The position numbers were made by a program, and so were the translations under genes. This document shows positions 60,639-64,000 of a DNA stretch of 64,000 nt, piece by piece. Under the pieces are notes generated by a model. It had not been told where the DNA came from. It was given only the letters and a program-made list of their open reading frames with translations, and did not search any database. Within the stretch, counting starts at the first letter, position 1; each line of letters starts with the position of its first letter. Source of the DNA: Podarcis muralis (Eukaryota); NCBI RefSeq assembly GCF_964188315.1, contig NC_135664.1, positions 35,712,001 through 35,776,000 of the forward strand, in the 5' to 3' direction.

Positions 60639-62434
60639 CCACAAAAAACTATAGAGGCCCACTAAAAACCACTTTAAAGTTCATTTGACATATTTTTCCA
60701 ACTTTTTTTTGAAAACTTCAGGAACAGATTCACGAGATTGCCTTTCCAAGCTCTGAATGATAAAGCAGAGTGGCTGCTAGGTTTCACATGGATGGATACC
60801 ATGTGTGTGAGTTGAGTACATCATCAACCTAAATCAGTGTATGACACCTTCTTATCCTATACCATGCATTCACTGAGACATTTTGCTCCTAGCAGTGAAT
60901 ACCTCCATATACGTGAAGCAAGGACAAATGTGGTGAAGTCCCAAGAACCATGAGTGTACTCCAGTTAACATTCTATCTGAGTATTTTTTGAAGCTCACTT
61001 AAGTGAACCTGAGAATTCAGAACCAAATTCAGAATTTACCTACCTACCTCAAAACTCACGAAATAGGAAGTGCTTGTCTATTCTGCTCTACATGCTGGTC
61101 TGCCTTCTTTCATGGAGTTGAGAATTAAGCAGCCTTCACCAATTTAGTGCCCCCAGATGTTTTGCACTAAAACTCTCAACAGTTCCAGCCAGCAGAGCTG
61201 TTGGAGAAGAATTGTAAAGATTATTAACAGCTGGAGCACAAGGCACAGTGGGTGACTTCAAGTAAGAGTTCTGGTTTGACTGCAGCTTGCTTGGCATAAT
61301 ATCTTTCATACATAAGCTGTGTTTGTGAGACATCTTCTTGGAACTCTCCACCATCATCCATCACAGTCAAGCAACTAATGTTAATCATACTCAGGGTAGA
61401 CCTATTAAAAATAATGGGAACTACTACCTGAGGTTCGTTAATTTCAATGAGTTTACTCTGAGTACGACTAAAGTTGGATACAACAACTCCAAATATTGCA
61501 ATCTGAACAAATTATGCAAATCAAATATATGGACTTTTTCAAAATATTTTAAACTACATACTGTAATCTGACTCATCCCCAGTGCACTTTTTAAATGTAT
61601 CTGGTTCATAGCATTCCAAGTCCTGCATCTCAATGAAAAGTGTGGCTTCTAAATAGACTTGTATATTTTCTTCCTGTTAAGAGGATCGTTTGGAGATGTT
61701 GCGGGGGAATGCTTTTCTCTTACCAATGATACTAGCTGGACTTGTTGACAGAGAGCACAGATAAGAGAAGATTTGATAAAAGGTATTGATGAATCCCTAA
61801 GCCCTAAATATCTCTTGCTTGCTAACTGAAACGAATATATCTGCACTGGAAACAGTTAAGTCTTCTTCACACAGTTCTTGCCACTTATTGCTAATAATTC
61901 TTAAATGGAAAGATGTACAGAATATGAAAGGCAAAAAGGCATCAAAAGAAACAGAGAAGTAGAAAGCCATAAAAGAACATGATGCTCTCAGATGGCTAAA
62001 ACATTATAAGGCAGTTAGTTTCATCTGTCAAAGGGGTTCCTATTGATTTTTTTAAATTCACAGTATATGCTTTTATTGACACTCCAAATATTGAGCTAAA
62101 TGGTGTGGGGGGGGTTGGGGGGGAGCATGTTTTTCTATGCAGCCAAACAGAGTTTTGAGCAAACTACCTACAAGAATATAATGCTCCTAGTTATACCAAA
62201 AATGAAATACAAGCTATATCTAGATCTATATCATTTATATCTATATATAACCTTTTAGTTTGTGAATTCCCTTACAATCTATGTAACAGTCTCTTGTTAT
62301 TCCTGCTTTTGTTGGACAGAAGAATTAGGCTAGTGGCTCTCAAGGGGTGTGTCACACCTTATCGGTGTGGCAGCAGAGGAGGGCAAGCAATGTGAGAAGA
62401 TTCAAGACCAATCAAAGAAATATTTAAACATTTC

Positions 62435-62494
62435 AGCATAGCATAGCATAGCATAGCATAGCATAGCATAGCATAGCATAGCATAGCATAGCAT
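62435..62494. repeat. (AGCAT)12 pentanucleotide microsatellite
   Basis: Direct reading. Confidence 0.97.
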
Positions 62495-63908
62495 AGTATG
62501 TGTGTGCATGCAGGATATGGATAGCTATCTTTTCAAAATAATAGCAAGAGCATTAAGAGATATTGAGGACAATCCTAGTTGTGATATAGAATGACCGTCT
62601 GCAGGACAGAGGAGACTGAAAGTGTTTTGTGCATGCTGAGTACTGTAGGTGGGTTAAGAGACCTGGACAAGTGAACATTTTGAGTTGATAGGGAAGGAAA
62701 CATCAGTAGCAATTTTAGCAAGCAGAAGACTCTCCCTTTGTACTTTTAAATATGATGAATGTTATTACAAATCACTGCAAGTTTCCTATACCTTCTCCTC
62801 ACAGAGGCAAGGTATAACATTGTCCTAGCGCTTCCTCCGGTTAGGTAAAGGCAAATAGCATGGGTAAGGGGAAGGAAAATTATTTTGCTTTTGACATTTA
62901 GGAGGAGGTGGGGGTAAAGAATGGATCACTTGCCTCCACTGAAGGAAATGAATTTACGGGAAGTTCTTAATTTAATTGTTGGCCTATTAAATTTCATTTT
63001 TATTGATCAAACTTTGAGATTTTGATATAAACAATTTTAAAACTATTGCTGAAGCATCCCCCCACCCTCCCCCAATCCATCTGACGAAACTAAAAATCTT
63101 TGCAGCAAATAAAACATGTGCACCTGACGAAGAACAGCTTTACAAAATATAGTGTGTAATTATGGATGACTCATTCCTTTTCTAAAAGACCCATTTCCTT
63201 TAAATATCCTGGCAGGTCTTGTTAAAAACTAGCTATTTTATAGCTCCATTTTCAGAAAGCTGTGTATAGCTGTTGTTTATAACACTCAACAGTAAAAAAT
63301 ATATCCATTTGTTTTTAGTATGATGTTCTAGCAGTCAAATTATTATGAATTTACATACCTAATTCATAATAAAAATGTTTTAACGGTTCTGTTTTCATTG
63401 TCTTTGGAAAAACAATTCTGCACTTCACTGTTAACTGAATCTCAGCACTGTTATGGTTCCTATTGTTGCAATTTCTACTCCAAGGAGAATTATGTCTCAT
63501 GACCTGAAGGTGACAGCTCATTAACTATATATAGTAATACAACACACTGAGCATGTTTATGCTGTTTGTGAAGGTCATTACTGAGAGAGTGGCTGAACCG
63601 CTGGATAAGAATAAGCCAAGAGATCAATTGGATTGAATATATACCTATTGCACTGCAACATGGGGGGGGGGGGGGGGATCGGTCTTACATTGTGGCTTAT
63701 CATCAGCTTCAACCACAGTATTTATTTAAAGCTGTATGGTACTACTTTAAACATACAGTAATGCTTCCTAGGGAACTCTGGGAATTGCAGCTTCCATGTA
63801 CCCTATAGATCAGTCCTTGGCATCTTAAAATTTGTAGACAGGCCCATCTCATCCCTTTGCCACATAAAATGTCCTTCCGGCCCCTTACATCACACTATGG
63901 GTTCTGTC

Positions 63909-64000
63909 CAGTGGCGGAGCTTCATGCTCCGGCACTGGGGGCGGAGAGCAGGCAGGGCAGGGCTGGTGCGCATCCCGGGGGCGGGACACACCACCTGCGT
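63909..64000. mobile_element. Left end of a CAGTGGCGKAGC-family hAT MITE, cut by the window edge
   Basis: cagtggcggagc start followed by GC-rich interior, like 3575 and 56689. Confidence 0.6.

Overview
Vertebrate genomic DNA, almost certainly from a squamate reptile and probably a lacertid lizard (inferred from the Sauria/Squam1, Squam2-like and Squam3-like SINEs, BovB and squamate-type CR1, L2 and Penelope remnants). No host protein-coding exon could be identified with confidence. Bases 1-~1230 look like the end of a + strand 3' UTR of an upstream gene, with clustered microRNA seed sites and AATAAA signals. There is an assembly gap at 1762-1902. The rest is intergenic or intronic sequence dense in transposable elements: five L1-clade 3' fragments of different ages (one young, with an uninterrupted 400-codon ORF2 C-terminus and a ~20 bp TSD), RTE and BovB LINE ends, CR1, L2 and Penelope remnants, SINEs, at least five hAT-type MITE families with 8-bp TSDs, Tc1/mariner-type MITEs with TA TSDs, a decayed DIRS tyrosine recombinase fragment, LTR-like repeats and microsatellites. 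Almost all ORFs in the supplied track are chance or TE-derived. The most notable observations are an 81-bp-arm foldback at 36.5 kb, the DIRS relic, an unclassified ~900 bp repeat with an internal inverted repeat, a recurring MITE that carries an antisense L2 tail, multi-layer TE nesting and several young, possibly polymorphic insertions. I found no convincing evidence of a wholly new biological system. TE family names come from recalled consensus features, not database searches.
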